A DNA stretch of 64,000 nucleotides from the human T2T-CHM13v2.0 reference genome, Homo sapiens, in contig CP068257.2 in NCBI GenBank assembly GCA_009914755.4, positions 23,328,001-23,392,000 on the forward strand, read 5' to 3'. Each line of letters begins with the position of its first letter. Position 1 is the stretch's first letter. The notes beneath the pieces are model-generated. The model did not search any database, was not told where the DNA came from, and worked only from the letters and a program-made list of their open reading frames with translations. Shown in pieces: positions 62,901 through 64,000 of the stretch. A program made the position numbers and the translations under genes.

Positions 62901-64000
62901 GCTACCAATTTGAAAGGCAGTGAATGAAATCTAATTTTAAAATGCAAAATCAAGCAAGAGCCAAGAAAAGAAAATTGCTTTTATTTTTCTATATCCTTAG
63001 CAAGTTAGTGATTACTGAATATTTAATGCATCAACCTGACTACCATAGGATATCTTGAGAGCAAACATAACATCTTAAGTTACAGAGTCCCAAGTAACTT
63101 TTGCATCAAGAACCCCTAGATTTCATTATAAGCATAAAGCACAGATGTATTATGAATATTCTTTATTGTAACACATTCTCAAACTGTAAGCATCTAATGT
63201 CTAATTATAGGTTACTAAATTTTATCTGTAACATATAAGTGAATTAATATTCTTATAGAATAAAAAAATTGAATTGGAAAACTTTGGAGTCTTCTTAAAT
63301 TAAATTTACTTCCATGTTATCATCTCTTTAACTTATATTATCTTAGCATTTCTATATTTGGATCAAACCTCCTATCATATACTTACTGATTAATTATGTT
63401 AAAATTATTTCTTCATAGTTTCAAGTATATATTCTTTATTCCTCTAGTTAGGTTTGAAACTCTTCAATAGTTGGAATCATGTCCTCTGTTGCCCATTTTT
63501 TCCTCCACACTAAACGCTATGATTTAAATGTTGGTTCCCCTCCAAATTAATGTTTTAATCTATTTGCCACTGTGGCAGAGTTAGAGGTGGGACTTTGTGG
63601 AGGTGATTGGACAATGAAGGCTTTGCCTCATGGGAGGGATTAATGTCATTATATTGACTCTCTTTTCCCTCTTTGCCTTTCTACCTTTTGCCATATGATA
63701 ATTCAGCAAGAAGGCCTAGACAAGATGCCAGCACTTTGATATTGAACTTGCCAGCCTTCAGAACCCTGAGACAATACATTTCTGTTCGTTATAAATTACT
63801 CAATATTTAGTATTCTGTTATAGCAGCACAAAATGAACTAAGCCACTGAATACTACATACCCATTATTATAAATGACTCCTAAGGGATCAACCTATCCTT
63901 TAAAAATCCTGAAAAAGTGAGTTAATAGATTGGAATTCTATACTTTTCACACCATTCATCACTGCCTTGCCATAGGATCACTCTAAGGGCTCTTGCCACA

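Overview
This window is primate (almost certainly human) nuclear genomic DNA from an AT-rich, gene-poor, repeat-dense interval. It is not a prokaryotic or viral locus, and I found no operons, CRISPR arrays, tRNA or rRNA genes. I also found nothing I can defend as a host protein-coding exon. Almost every ORF in the six-frame track lies in an Alu (antisense Alu peptides such as '...[21 protein letters not shown]...' recur about 15 times), in LINE-1 ORF remnants, in a minisatellite or in endogenous retrovirus (ERV) debris.

What I can support is the following. There are about 19 Alu elements; several are young AluY-like copies with intact CpGs, long pure poly-A tails and perfect target-site duplications (TSDs). 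An old, nearly full-length L1 on the + strand spans roughly 0.8-6.6 kb and carries two nested Alus. Further L1 fragments lie at 16.2, 26.0, 42.0, 49.1-50.8 and 53.3-54.1 kb. A 5'-truncated class I (gamma-like, HERV-H/F-like) ERV provirus spans about 21.55-25.65 kb, with an integrase remnant, an Alu-interrupted env pseudogene and a probable 3' LTR. A class III ERV-L pol fragment (RNase H, integrase, C-terminal dUTPase) lies at about 55.5-57.4 kb with a young AluY inside it. There are MaLR LTRs of the THE1/MST type, a Tigger-like miniature inverted-repeat element (MITE), a 15-bp-unit G-rich minisatellite, two GGAA/TTCC microsatellites, two recent segmental tandem duplications and an unexplained degenerate tandem array of about 0.9 kb next to the ERV-L fragment.

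I do not see evidence for a previously undescribed biological system. The items most worth a second look are the env remnant, the ERV-L dUTPase segment, the tandem arrays and duplications, the CpG-retaining block near 52.7-53.3 kb, and the candidate polymorphic AluY insertions. All family assignments come from my recollection of consensus sequences, not from a database search, and element boundaries are approximate (about 20 bp, worse for old L1 and MER-type fragments).
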